Position numbers and translations under genes: made by a program. 64,000 nt of DNA from Octopus sinensis (lineage: Eukaryota): the NCBI RefSeq assembly GCF_006345805.1, contig NC_043000.1:48670001-48734000 (forward strand), read 5' to 3'. Positions 21,078-35,810 of the stretch are shown piece after piece. Each line of letters begins with the position of its first letter. Position 1 is the first letter of the stretch. The notes under the pieces were generated by a model. The model saw only the letters and a list, made by a program, of their open reading frames with translations. It had not been told where the DNA came from and searched no databases.

Positions 21078-23656
21078 TTATTGCAGGTTTAGTCACTTTC
21101 TTGAACATTCTTTACGAAAGCTCCTCCTCTACGTGGTCATGTTGTATGCTAAAAATACCAGGAATCGCGTGGGTTCTCAGAATGAATTCTTTTCAAACAT
21201 TATTGTAATTTACATCATCAAAACGTGTAAGGAAACAAAAATGAGATGTGCGAAGTATCACTTACACACAATTTTTTCCTTGTGAAGTTCGGATATAATC
21301 GTTATCCACACTTCGTGATAGATATTCGTAGAAAATTTCATTAAAAATAATTTTTTCTGAAAGTTATGACGAAACGCAGTTGAAGTGTATGATTTATCCA
21401 AACATACTTTACCCACCCCCTTAAAACCTTTTGACAAGTTCTTGTATACACATATTTTAAACAGTCTAAAATGTTTTTATAGAAATTTTCGTTAAAAGGT
21501 ATAAATTTTCCAGGAAGTTATGAGGAAACAAATTCAGATAAAATGGAGGGCAGACTTCTGTAGATATGCAATTTATTTACTGAGCCAATAAGTAATATTA
21601 GACAAAAGAGATACAAAGGAAAATTAGATGTAACACATGAAAACAAATTAAAATATTGGGAATCAAATGTATTGATATCATTTGACGAGTAGCAATATGA
21701 ATATTGATTTATCATTATTAATACGAATAATGATTTATCATGACCAATTATCCGAGAGAAGAGTAAATAAACGCCTTGTGAAAATTGCGACCAACTCAAA
21801 ATGAGAAGAATTAAGAATTTTCTAAAATTGGCATGCCATTAAGGAAAAGAATGTGTAATTGCTTGAAAATGAGAGTACAGCTATTAACATGTGTTTCTGC
21901 CTTCATAATTATCACCAGCCCAGCAGTTGACATACCTTAACACTTACACACTAGATACCTAGATATATATTAATTTCTAAGAAAGAACTAAGATCAAATA
22001 ATTTTATGAAGGTGTGGTTGATTGTATCATCATTAGTGCTTTTATGATACTTTCTGAGTCGACCCGGAAAGAAAACGTCAATTCCGACGAGACCTGAACT
22101 CGTAGTATCTCAAACTTAATTACCCTAGCGAAAGCATGAAGGACACACATGACCTAAGAATATTTATAGAAAAGAATAAACCGTCAAGCTGACTTATTAC
22201 ATTAAATAACATTTTCTAGCGACCATATCGTCGAAAAGAAGTGAATTGATACACGTTAGCGAATTAGTAATATATATAGTATATCAACATGACGACTCCA
22301 CTATCTCAAATGCTTCGAGTTCCTTTAATGCTTCATGTGATTAAGTAACTTGATGCAATACTGCAAAGTTAAAGAAAAACACTCCTTAATTATACAGTTA
22401 TGCTCCTATCACTTACTTAACTAATCAGTATTTATTCAACGCGTTTATTTACAGTTATGTTGACATAAGTGTTAGAATGAGGCACCAGGGCAACATGGTA
22501 TACGAAATATCAGTCGTTTCAAATATTAGTGCCACGTCTAGATTTGGTTGATCAGAGCACTCATCTCGAGAATGTAAATACGTATTCTATATTACACCAA
22601 TTATATTTGTTTTGATCAGACCATGCTCGAATAGACGGAGATAGATGCCTTATCATCAGCATTATTGAAACTATGGAAAACATAAACTGGTAATTAAATT
22701 GATTTAAATAAATGACTGTTTCTCATAAAATATCTATATATCAGTAATCATACTTTCTCGTCTCATGAACTGAGTGTCAGCTGTGGAATAATCCATCCAC
22801 GTTTAATACCATGTGACTAATATCAGCTCCAACGATTCACTAGTAAATATCTGTATTTTCCATGTGAACATCAGCGCCTATGACTTAATATTTTACGTTG
22901 TTAGGTAACATGAAAGCAAATTTATCTCAGGAATAAAGGAGTTTTATTTTTATATATTTTAAGATATTTTAATATGGTGCTGTGAATGTCTGTATGTCAT
23001 CTGCTGCATGTAATCTAAGCACTGAAGATAAAGAACTATTTCTGTACCTACCTGCAGGCGCAAATCTATAATAGAGAACCCTCCTGATATGTTCTATCAG
23101 ATTAGATTACTTATCCCTGAAGCTCTTTCTGTGATAGTTTTTCTGGCACGCTAAATGTAACTTTAGATCTCAGCTTGCAAAATTTAGTTTTCTGAAAGTT
23201 TCTATAGTTCCGCAACTGATAATGTGGTTTATTTTGATTGAATTAATACATTAGTATTCTCTGCTTGTGAATACCATACTGCACGAGGTGAGCCCCCGGA
23301 GATATTAGATAAAACTGCGATTCGTTTTGATTCTCATTTGACGCAAGTTCATATCATTTTCGCCGAGTCTACTTTCGGAAGGTATAAATGTCGCAATACT
23401 TCATTCTCTCAGATTGAAAAACAATAAAACAATGTGATATTTCTGCCTCTTTTTAAAGACAAACTGACACGCATACACACACCCAAGCACACACACACAC
23501 ACACACACATACATACACGGACACAAACACATACACACACGCACAGCACACCGCAGCCACAGATCTAATATTTTTAAGGGGAAGTGATTTGTTGATACCG
23601 TCGATCTCAGTTAAAGTTAATATTTAAGTGTTATGTATGTTCCTAGTAGTACGCTG

Positions 23657-23705
<49 letters not shown>

Positions 23706-23708
<3 letters not shown>

Positions 23709-23849
23709 TAGTACCTTACTTTTCGAACAACTTTGATGGCGAATAAATCGTGCTTTCTAAATATATATATATATAGATAGTCAGATATAGATATATAAAA
23801 AGTACGATTTCTTCGTGATCAGAGGCGTTTGTAAACCGAGGGACTACTG
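23706..23849. mobile_element. pogo/Tigger-like MITE with TA target duplication
   Basis: TA-CAGTAGTACCT...AGGGACTACTG-TA. Imperfect TIRs of about 50 bp, including GAATAAATCGTGCTTT / AAAGTACGATTTCTTC. Confidence 0.8.
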
Positions 23850-24194
23850 TATTTAATGAATATGAGAAAGACAGGAGATAAAGTACAATTTATTTTTAAT
23901 TAGAGTTGTTTGAAAACCAAGGTTCTGCTCTATGCATATATGTATAAATGTATATACATATATATATAAAGTTAATATTTAAGTGTTGTATATGTTCCGA
24001 GTAGTTCGCCGATAAAGCACGTTTACTGTCTATGGTTACCTGGCGTCATGCAGGGTGATTACACAACTGTCTCCAGAATTACCTCGGATATTCCCCAGTG
24101 TACTTTGAGTATGAAACTAATGAGACGGTGAACGGAATACACAAGAAACTATATAAAGTTTCCCGTGTAGCATATTTTCCGTCTATATCATTTG

Positions 24195-24195
24195 T

Positions 24196-24242
<47 letters not shown>

Positions 24243-24335
24243 ATATACATATGTGTGTGTGTATGTGTACTCGCCCCCCACCATTTATATGTATATATAT
24301 ATTGTATATATATGTATCTATACATACGTACATAC

Positions 24336-24388
<53 letters not shown>
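24195..24388. repeat. (TA)n-rich compound microsatellite
   Basis: Seen directly in the sequence. Confidence 0.95.
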
Positions 24389-24390
<2 letters not shown>

Positions 24391-25614
24391 AACGTTTTTG
24401 AGAAAGAAGTTAAAGTGTATCGGGAAATTGATTTCGCAATATAGTTTCAATTCTTTGTTGAAGCAGTTTCACTAACTTTATGCGACTAATCTCATCAGCC
24501 TTTTAACTAGTGGATTTAGTATTAGCGTTGCGTATATTACATATTTCCATTTCTTGATACACCGTCCTATATGGATAGTAAAATTATGTCAAAACTATAC
24601 ATTTTAAGTGCGTTTGACAAGTGTCAAGTCCAAGATACTTAACTTGTTATGTTAACTTCATGACCAATATATTGATTATGGTGGAAAACCAGACGACATT
24701 TTCTCTCGGTTGAATAAAGGATGTAATGGATCGAAGCAACAGCTGTATGTTGGTAAAACATACTCAATTGCTAATAGAATGATGGAATGTAGTGTGGGCT
24801 GCAGCAGGGCTGTCAGTAAGAAGACCGGAGAAACAAAGACCACTTTTAATCAATTTGTTTTTTCTTTGTATTTTATTTATTTTTTTATTTTTGTAATTCC
24901 ATTGGTACTACGACATTGTTGTTTCACTGTTTGTTTTGGCATATAAAGGGGATTTAACTGGAGAATGGATCTTCATATTTTCCCCATGCTAGCAATTAAC
25001 CTAATTCTCTTCACCGCACTCTAGCAACATATGAGTTCTTATAACGCCAAGGCCATAATTTTAGCATATTTGTCCCTGTTTACCAACAAAAAAAAGGAAT
25101 TTATATGCTAAAAATTAGTGAAAAATTAGTGAACAGTGGTACTTAAAACTATTTAAATACATTTTATATTTTCATTTCAAATTCCGGCGAGACGAAATGC
25201 TTTCCTTCTTGAGATCAATATCGACACCAGAACATTGATATACTAATATTGCTATAATCGTCTATAACATTCACCCCAAATCTGTGGCCTTGAAATCAAT
25301 ATTCTAGTGTACTAAACCAATTTTAGAATAAAACTTCTCATAATAGTATGCGTAACGTAACGCCAGCAAAAATTATTTTTAAACGATAACTCTGAGGATG
25401 CCAGACATATAACCTTTATCTTGAAAATGGATGTTTCATGCTTAAATTTAAGCACTTGTAATGGCTAGAGATAAGACTATTAACACAGGCATCATGAGAT
25501 AATTTATCAAAACACATAGTTGACATTTACTATATATATATATTTATGTGTGTGTGTGTGTTTGTGTAAAGAGCAATGGGTCAGGTTTTGTGTATTTCAG
25601 TATCAAATGGCGTA

Positions 25615-25661
25615 TATATATATCACACACATGTACACATTGAGATATATGCACATGCATA

Positions 25662-25708
<47 letters not shown>

Positions 25709-25754
25709 TTATATATATACATACATATATGTATATATGTACATATACATATAC

Positions 25755-25825
<71 letters not shown>

Positions 25826-25945
25826 ATATGCATATATGTGTATATATATATGTGCTTGTGTGTGTACATAAATATATATATATGAATGAATATATGTGTA
25901 TATACATGCATATATACATACATATATGTGCGTGTATGTATGTAC
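25615..25945. repeat. (TA)/(TG)/(CA) compound low-complexity tract
   Basis: Seen directly in the sequence. Confidence 0.95.
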
Positions 25946-26471
25946 CTATATCAAAGCGTTATGGAATTCCTTTTGCAGATAAATTGTAAATTATATTTTG
26001 AAACAAATGACTATACTTATCTCTTTAATTTTTGGTAACATATCTCTTACGTTACATATATCTGGCATCGTTTTAATGGTTGATATATTTAAATTGATTC
26101 CAAAAACTGAGATTTAATATGACGGGAATTAATTTTAGAACGTATCTTCTCCGTAAAAAGTATATTTGACATTCTGGAAGCTCAGTTATATCGTTTTATA
26201 GGGAACACTGGCAAATTTGCAGAGTGTGTATTGTCAATTAAATCTCCCCTTGTACTTCAGTATTCATTTGCAAACCCGGAAGAATAAACAATTCTGTTGT
26301 TTTCGGTAGGATATGAATACACTACGTAAATAACGAAATGCTTTTATGGTTATTCATTTAGCGATTATTCAAATCCAGCTTTCCCAAACCAGATTCTGAT
26401 TTACTGAATGTTATTTGTAAAAAATAATGTGAAGGTAGTGGAATAGATCGTGTCGCTATTCAGTAGTTTAT

Positions 26472-26670
26472 AAAAGGCGGTGAGCTCGCAGAATTGTTAG
26501 TATACCGGGCAAAATGCTTGGCGGCATTTTGCCTATCTTTGCGTTCTGAGTTCAAATTACCCCAGGTCGACTTTGTATTTCATCTTTTCGGATAAGTACG
26601 CAAGTCAATGTAATCGATTCGTCACCTTTCCCCAACATTTCTGGCCTTGTGGCTGTGGCAGAAACGATTG
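26472..26670 (+). mobile_element. Family A SINE
   Basis: AAAGGCGGTGAGCTCGCAGAATTGTTAG head, GAGTTCAAATT, AGGTCGACTTTG and 3' end GGCCTTGTG. Confidence 0.85.
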
Positions 26671-27064
26671 TTCAATGATTTATAGCGCTTAGACTATTTC
26701 TGACTCAGGGGTGACTTTGCTCCCAACAATATAGTTTTGAATTCTGTTAACCTAGTATCTTCAGCCAGATTTTCAGTTTCACCTTTTCTTTGGGAAGGAA
26801 ACTTAGTAGGAGCATGCCATTAAATATATGTGTGCGTGTGAATGCGAGGCGTTTGTGTGTGTGTCTATGCATATATATATGGGGCTGTCGAGATTGGAGC
26901 AATCTCAAGATTAATCAACCGAAATTGCGTGGATGATCCGGTTCTTGACTGAAGATTGAAGGCTTCGATTGACCCGTCCGTGTTTTGTGTATTGTCTTCT
27001 GAAAGTTTTGCGTTCTTGTCCCATTTTGTATTTTACACACACACACATACACACAAACACACAC

Positions 27065-27095
<31 letters not shown>

Positions 27096-27097
27096 TA

Positions 27098-27143
<46 letters not shown>

Positions 27144-27515
27144 ATAAATCTCTCTACCTTAATGCAACAGTGTCCTCTGAAAATCTGATTTTGCTAAGCA
27201 TCCATATGCACATGTGACACACAGTGTAGGATTCCAAGCCACCTTAATGGTGAACCGTATGCTTATGTTTATCTGAATTATTCTAATATTTCGTCTGTAT
27301 TTCATAGCTACTAACACTTAACCACCACACTGGAATATAGTAATCTACGTGCAATCTAAACATAACAAAGACACTCGTGCATCTTTGTACATACATATAC
27401 ATACATAAATACATTCAAATATATCATATATACATATATATACATACATAGATATATATATGAATACATGTACATGTATATTATATACACACATACATAT
27501 ATATATGCATACATG

Positions 27516-27560
<45 letters not shown>

Positions 27561-28585
27561 TTATTTATGCATACATATTTGCTTTTATCTACATGCATAG
27601 CGTAATGTATTTTGGGTTGTGTTTTCATGTCACTCACCAAACCACGAGTCAAAAAGTAGATGCTGTTTCAAAGGGAAAATTTCGCCAGACAATAAAATAT
27701 ACCTCAGGCTATAATAAATATTGTCTTAATATTTTTTTACCTAAAAGCCCAGAAAGCCCTGTCCTGGCTGCAGTCCAATGACTGGAATCAGTAAGAAAAT
27801 TAACGAATTTCTATTTTGTGTTCAACTATTAGATTATCCATGAAATAATACGACTAGTTTATTGAGTTCGTCTCGATCGATTATGCCCCCCACTGAAACG
27901 AAAATTATTTATTCATAAAACAGTTTCTATTTATTTCGTTCGAATTGATTGACTATCGATTGAACAAATAAAATGGCGACTTAAAAAATTTAAGTGCAAG
28001 TTCATTATTTCAAGAGAAGTTGTAGGTTCAGTTCAATATTCTGCCAGATATATTTTCTCACAGCGGAAGCAACTCGGGCGTAGGACATATTAGGATCTAG
28101 TACTTTGTATTAAACATTTAGAGACGAACGACTAGTGTAGCGTACTTCTGTTTTAAGTACCTATATTTGCCACCTTACCGCTTTAATGAAACTGTTGAAG
28201 GTTTGCTAGGTCAGACGAAAATAAATGACCACAACTTTAACAAAAATAGTTAATCCACACCTTGACTACGATAGTTTCAATTGATTGCTCAAATGGATTA
28301 ACACTTCCTGGATTAAGTTACAAATCACTGAGCATTCTTCAAGAAAGTGTACTTTTAACGTAATTCTCAGGCAGGATCAGTATGACATACTGTTTGAGAA
28401 TGTACTACATTTTGTATTACAATTACAATCCAGCCGTTGGGATTCTGTACCGTTCTCCTCTTGCTAATGTCATTTACAGAGTATTAATCAGCCTGAGGCT
28501 ATCGGTAATGACATTTGCTAATATACCAGTGGGATGGAGGTCACGTTCTAACAATTCTAAATTGTTAATGATTCACGTTAATGAT

Positions 28586-28731
28586 ATATATACGCATATA
28601 TATACAAACTCATACACACACACATGCGTACCGTAAAAGTTCTTGTGCTTGTGCGTATATAGACGTATGTATGAACTTTTACGGTACGCATGTGTGTGTG
28701 TGTATGAGTTTGTATATATATGCGTATATAT
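28586..28731. repeat. Near-perfect 57-bp inverted repeat with 30-bp spacer
   Basis: 28586-28642 is the reverse complement of 28673-28731 except for one extra TG unit. Confidence 0.95.
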
Positions 28732-29423
28732 TTGGTGAAAAATGCGAGTGAAGATATGTACGTTTTCATAGTGATGTATAAGTACGCACGTGGGTTCGCG
28801 AGCAGAATTATAACACAGTAATTTCCCTTTATATAACGGTACTTTTTCATAGCGTTTTTCAGATGGCCAGATAACCGAAGAGATGGTGTTGTGGATTTCC
28901 ACTTCGGCATCTGAAACTCAGAGTTTTATCTTGACTATTGAGTAAACGTAACAAATTATTTTATATATATATAATACTATAAAGATAATATAATTCCACG
29001 TATACATATGTAATGTATAATCTGGACTAAGGTAGCTGTTGAAGTGCTGGAGTTATAGGTAGGGATGTCGTTTAGTGGGTGCAGCGGTTATAGTTTTGTC
29101 CCGAAGGCGACGGAAAGAGAAAGTTTTTGCTTTTCATGTTCAATTAAAGCAGATTGTCGTTTGCTAGACTAAGAACCTCTTATATTTTTGATTTTATAAA
29201 ATATTAACAGTGGTAGAAGACTTTAGCCAATAAGACAACAAGAGGGATGAATCACTGAACAAATCTGTAGATTAGCGGCAAAGAAGAACAGAAAATGTAA
29301 ATGCAATGAGTATTTCAGCCGAGAGAACGAAACGAGAATAAGTGAGACAATATGAATGAAAGATTTCAAACGTTAAGAGGGATTCAAGAGTAATTGTTAT
29401 GTCTCACAATTTTCACGGGATCA

Positions 29424-29818
29424 TCTACTACTATATATCTCTATATATATAAAGCTGAAGTTGTCTGTATATGGCAGGTCTGGTAGCCTTCAACTAACAC
29501 TATCTCCTCCGAGACTCTGCAGTGCAAGTTGACCAAAATTGAGAGTATGATAGAAGAAGGCTTGCTCTTCTTTCCGGAGAAGAAACAATTCAAATCGGAC
29601 CATGTTAACACCAAAAATTAGTTACGCGTTTTTCTATGAAAATCCCTATTTTTTACGATTTTTTGACTGCTGTGTCGCCATTTTTCGGTGTATTTCAACC
29701 AGAAAAATGTTCACTTAAAGAGAATAACAAGCTACATAATGCGAAATTTTTACTTTTCAAAAATTCCAATTCTAAAGGGTCAAAACAAACCCGAGCAACG
29801 CCGGGCGATACTGCTGAG
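29424..29818 (+). mobile_element. Non-autonomous Helitron
   Basis: 5' end A|TCTACTACTATATA..TATAAAG; subterminal hairpin CCCGAGCAACGCCGGG at 29790-29805; 3' end CTGAG|T (CTAG with one insertion); inserted between A and T. Confidence 0.82.
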
Positions 29819-32800
29819 TATAAAAGTATTATTTTTTTGCATATTAATATATATTATGTGTATTTTTATATTGAAGTTTTATTGTTAGAAATAATTTTTA
29901 AAAGTGTTCATGGATTTTGTTGAGCAAATGACATATTGTAATAATTACTAAAAAGTGAAATTAAATATTCAGGTTTTCTGTTATACTTGTATATTCAGAG
30001 CTATAAGTATTTAGACCCGTACAGAAATATTTAACAGTTGTTCAGAATCATAAAGTCAATATTACAAATAATTATAATTAATAAATGGCTAAAATGTTTC
30101 AAATCATTTCTTGTGGAGACACAACTAGGAAGCCGCATACAGAAATACTGATTTATTCCCACTGCCCACAAAGTCTTATATTCTATCGAAATAGAAATGG
30201 ATTGATCTGACATCCATACATATATTCTGGCCTAGTGAGGTACAATCTTAAGTTGTGAACAGAATTTGTTGCGAGATCTGAATTCTAGCGTTTAAAAAAA
30301 GAATGAAAGTGGAAGTGACCATTCGATCTGGTAGAAACAGCAGTCACATCTCAACCATTACACTATTTTAAGTAAAGTTCGATATTGTATAATTCCTTCT
30401 GGAGTACACTCACTTGAATAAAAATCAGATGTTCATTATATGAATTTAATTTCTTGATCAGCGTTGTAATTGGTCTGGTTTGATTGAACTACGACAACAT
30501 TTTAAACATGAGTACAAACTCCTATATACTAATGTTATTACTGTCGCCTTCAAAAACATTTAGAAATACAGTAGCTGAAGTTGCTCCGGAAGAAGTTGAT
30601 TTTAACATTTTCTCCTCAATTGATTTCACTGATTAGAAACTTTTCACATGTTTGAATAATTAAATTTGTATGGATTATTGTTAGTTCTGGCATAACAGAA
30701 TGTTTGTGACGTGACTTTGATTCTATTTCGACAAAATAAATAGCTTAATTTATAATCTCGTTTTCATACAGTTATTAAAACATATAATAAGCAATCTACC
30801 TGATATGTTATGCTCCTGTATGTTACACTTGAAGTGCGTGCACATATTGAGTCAGAATATCATTATCCAATTTATTTGGCATTTCTGTTAAGTCAATAGA
30901 AATCATTTTATTTATGTAAGATTATACTTTTAAGCAAGGCTAAATTGATTACCTCTAATCATGTCTTTAAGCAAACAATATAAAGATGTCGTTACACATA
31001 GCAGCCCATGCTACAGAAATTCTTGACATAACTGCATAACGCGTAATACTTTTATCATTGAATGAATAACGTACAATCGACGTTTTCGATTATCTCTGCT
31101 TCCTATTCACTCATTGGTTTAACTCTTTTGTTATCTTCAAAGATTCACTATAGTTCATGCTGCTTTATCATTGAAGCTGATCAGAAAGCTTTTGACTTTC
31201 AAGTAAGTGGGAAATAGAACTTTAAAATTCCATTTAGTTTCGAAGTTTAACGCTTATCACCAGCGTAAATGTTCTAGGACGTAAGCGAAATAATAGACAG
31301 AAAAATGGAAAAGCACTTGTAATTAGGAGAAGATTATTTCAATAAGGAAATAATATCCGATAATTTTATTTTCATGCAGACTCCAGTGGTGTAATGCTAG
31401 TAGTCCATGTTTCTGTGAATTGGTTTACAAATGGAATCGGATATTGAACTTCTCACGTTAATTCCGGTTTCCCGACAGAATATCGATTAATTTTATTGCT
31501 GACTGCCAAATACAACGGCCGAGAGTTCTTTAATGGTATCATAAAATACATTAAGTGAGGAGAGGTGAAGAAAGGAGAAAAGAAAATAACAGTTTTTCTA
31601 TCTTAGAATGCTGGAGTATTGATATAGAGGAAAACATGGATATCCGCTGAAATGTTATATCTATGCCAGTATTATTTGCTTTTGTAAATCATGAAATATG
31701 GAGAATATCAAGTAATGTTTTTTCATACTATATACAATAGCTGTAAAAATTAAGTATTTTTCTTGTGTAATTTTTTAAAAGATTATGTCTCTTCGGTATT
31801 AGTCATTCATTTAAATTTATCTTACAATGGAAATTGATATATTTTGATAAAGAAACACCAATTTTCTTGAAATACTCGAATTAGTGACAAAACATTAGTT
31901 ATACATTCGTGATAAGCATGTAAATTAAGAAACATATTCTGCAACAAGATCAAATTATATCAACAGTTGCTATAAAATACTTGTCTCATTACTCTTGTTT
32001 TCTATCAATTAAATGCTTTGTCAATCTACTTTATTCTTTCGGAGAATGGATAGTAAAACATATAACAAAATCCTTTTCAGAAATTCATTTACTGAGGTTT
32101 CAGAAAATGCGTATTTAGTTTTATATTTTGCATTTATGAAATTCAAAATGCATTTTAAAATTGATAAATTGTTTTCAGCATAGGATCTAAAAAATACACA
32201 TACAGAAAAAAAAATTATGGTCCTAAAGCAAGCATCCTGCAATGAGAATGAAATAATGTTAATTATTCGTTAACAACCATAACATATGTATTGATGTTAT
32301 TATATAGCAGAAGCAGATTACGATCTGACGTAGATATTTTCGTATGTGTCTCACTTCGTAGATCAATACATTTATCCTAATTTCAAGTTTATGGTAGTAG
32401 TCTTTAAATAAGCTGTTTAAGAAAACCATCCTGAAAAATATATTTAAATTTCAAAATTATATTTCTATTTTTTTCTTTAAAATCTATTAAACTTTTGCGT
32501 TCAGAAAAATATCCTGTTGTGCTTCGAAAACGGTAGGAAGATTTAACGTCAATATCGTAATATTTCAGAGAATTTAATGAAAAAAATGTTAGTCGATCAA
32601 AAATTATTTGCGGCAGTCATTCACTCTCTGGGATCGATAAAATAAAGTAACAGCAAAGAGCTGGAGTCAATTGTAATGAAATATACCCAACTCCCTCACA
32701 CCCTAAATAAGAAATTCTGCGCCCGTGTTAGAAATCGATATTATGTTTCAGGGTAGTGGCGTAGAGCAAATGTTTAACAGTATTTAGTCATGCTACTTCT

Positions 32801-33719
32801 CGTTCTTCATTCAAATCTCATTGGGGATAGCTTTACATTGTATCTTTGTGAGGTTAGTATTTATACAGTATAATTTATTTATTCAATTGACTGCAAACCA
32901 CAATCTTTTGACAATATAATACAATGGTATTATATTCACTCACAAGATGGCAAGATGGATGATTCATTGCACGCTGAACAAAATGCTTAGCCGTTGTAAG
33001 TTTGAATTCGCCGAAGTGAGATTTGCCTTAATGAGTCAATAAAAAAAGAACCAATCACGCTCAAGGTTCGATGGTAACAACTAACCCCACCTTCAAAATC
33101 TCAGGCATTGGCCTCCCCTGGAAAGGATACTGCCGCTGGTGTTGCTGCTTAAACAATTGTTGTTTAAGCAGATTTATAAGCCAAATGGGTTTAATTTATA
33201 ACCATCTCAATTTTCGTTCACACAGTGTATCTAGGGATTTTTATTCAGTATATCTTTAAAAAAAAAAGGAAACTAAGAAACAAAAATAGAGTTTCGGCTG
33301 TGGTCTGAGAAAGATTTGGTTGATATCGCTAACTGGTCGAGGTGCTAGGGAGTGTTGTGGCAGGAATATAAATGTTTGAAACAAAATTTCTTACGAAGTT
33401 AAATTTGCTCTCGTATTCTGCATGCTTATCGATAATTTTTTTCCGGTTTTCAAATAATATTCGCAGAGTTAATTTATTTCCACATTTTGTCATTCAAATA
33501 TTTAAAATCGTATGCAAACATGAACTAAGGGAACTTAGAAATATAACTTTTAGTTATATTTTTATGTCCAACTGCATTTCGTGATAATGATTGTTAATTT
33601 ATCAAATGTTACAAATAAATACGCAGCAATACGTATAGCAGTAGTTGTATAGTTATATACATCGTAACACTCACGTACACACACACATACACACATATAT
33701 ACACACAAACACACTCAAC

Positions 33720-33873
33720 GCTTTGAAATTTTAGTCGAATGTATCGACCCCAGAACTATTTTTTTTAAATCCTGGTACTTACTCTATCGGACGCTTAGGC
33801 CGAACCGCTATATTACGGGATATAATCACAGCAGCACCGGATATCAAGCGGTGGTGGAGGAACAAATATTGGA

Positions 33874-33909
<36 letters not shown>

Positions 33910-34105
33910 AAACACACATTCACACACACACACACACTCACACACACACATATCTACATATGTACGACAGACTTCTTTGAGTTTTCGTCTCCCAAATCCA
34001 CTCATAAAGATTCGTTCGATCTGAGGATATAGTAGATGACAGTTGCCTAAAGTTTCAACGCAGTGGAGTGAATCAGGAACTATGAACTATGTGGTAGGAA
34101 AGCAA
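33720..34105 (-). mobile_element. Family B SINE, diverged
   Basis: ATCGACCCCAG, GCCGAACCGCTA, an expanded CA tract, AAATCCACTCA and CGCAGTGG. Confidence 0.78.
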
Positions 34106-34155
34106 GTATATATATATATATCTGTGTGTGTATATATATATATCCCTATATATAT

Positions 34156-34493
34156 ACTCTTTTATTCTTTTCTCTTTCACTTGTTTCAGTCATTTGACTG
34201 TGGCTATGCTGGAGCACTGCCTTTAGTCAAGCAAACTGACCCCAGGATTTTATTCGTTGTAAGCCTAGTTACGGAGACGTAAACAGCATTGGTTGTCAAG
34301 CGATGTTGGGGGGATAAACGCAGACATACATATATATATATATGACAGGCTTCTTTCAGTTTCCGTCTACCAAATCTACTCACAAGGCTTTGGTCGGCCC
34401 GAGGCTATAGTAGAAGACACTTACTTGCCCAAGTTGCCACGCAGTGGGACTGAACCCAGAACCATGTGGTTCGTAAGCAAGCTACTAACACAC
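34156..34493 (-). mobile_element. Family B SINE with internal deletion
   Basis: CTTGTTTCAGTCATTTGACTG...CAAGGCTTTGGTCGGCCCGAGGCTATAGTAGAAGACAC...GCAAGCTACT. Confidence 0.88.
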
Positions 34494-34501
34494 ACGTATA
34501 T

Positions 34502-34548
<47 letters not shown>

Positions 34549-34574
34549 TGTGTGTGTAGTTACAGCAACGTAAC

Positions 34575-34745
34575 GACACACGATTTGTTGGCGATTTTGT
34601 ATTCCTTTGACTTTTCCTTTTCTCCGACGAAGCGCTATGTTCGAACTATCTCCTTTTACTGAGTGCCAAACTAATACATTCCTTTTGCACGTCGTCTTTT
34701 TGTCTCTCATTGTTAATTATATTATTCGTCTATTTGAATTGACTA
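34575..34745 (+). mobile_element. Degenerate second copy of the 19795-19990 hammerhead-bearing repeat
   Basis: Contains CCGACGAAGCGCTATGTTCGAAC at 34624-34646 plus the shared flanking motifs. Confidence 0.55.
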
Positions 34746-35810
34746 TACATATGTGTGTGTGTATACATGTATGTATGTATGTATGTACGTATAGTGAAGT
34801 ACACACGCCTCTACTGTATGTCACGGCGGTGAGCTTTTGCTTCAATAAATATAATAGATAAAAAAAAAAACTGGAAGCAAAAGATGAAACTATGTTTCTC
34901 CTTTCAGTATTCTCTCTGTATATAATATTAATCCGTCACGTCTTAAAGAAAACAATGATTTTTCACATGTATATCTATTTTGTTTCGTATAAAATATAGC
35001 TATGTTTGTTGATACGCGAAGATGGAGTTCATTCAAATGTTTCTTTCAAATCCAATTGTATATATAAGAACATACATCATAGGTCATGAAATGCTGGCAG
35101 ATAAACTGTTTTTTAAGGAATCGCTTTACATATGACACGGTAATAAGGTGAGCTGATAAAGGTTTTGGTGCATACCCGATCTAATAAGACTAAAATATTG
35201 GCTATTTCGTTTTTCTGGTGTAGTGCTACCAACACAATATACACGATGTAGACAAAGAATTTAGACTGGGGGGGTCTTGAGAAGACGATTGTATACGAGA
35301 AACTCGCATGGAATCTTTTAGAATCTTTTTTACAGATATTCATTATCAAAGTAATTCTATATGAAATAATTTAGCAGACATAATAAATCCATCACGTATT
35401 TGGGACATGTCAATATATTTGTTCGTTACGTTAGTGTAAACGTATAATAATAGAAATTTATGTTCCTAGAAAGAATATCGCATACGTGAAGGACAAATTG
35501 CGTTCAGTATGACAACTAATGAAATTACTTGATTGTTAAATTTGTAGAATAGTGAATAAATGTCTAATAGAATCTTGATACAGCTCTTTACTTTCTGAAT
35601 TCGGAAGTAGAAAAGTCATCTTTGTCGTTTAGATTTACGTAGACTGGTTAAATAAATAGCGATATTAAAATTTCTGGTTTTGCATGTATTTTGTTTGAGA
35701 TCAACCTATTCTTACGTTTTAAGTTCAATTCCATTCATGTTCGACGTTGAGTTGCACGCCTCCAGAGTTAATTAAAACGTATCACAAATATGGTCTAGTA
35801 ATCGTATTTA

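Noticed and set aside
23052-23191. Minus-strand exon-like segment (TTTCAG ... CAG|GTAGG)
   Set aside because: It has stops in all three frames and no other support.
26895-27015. CTGAAGA and GAAA boxes with TCAAGA/TCTTGA pairing
   Set aside because: Helices II and III cannot be closed in a valid hammerhead topology.
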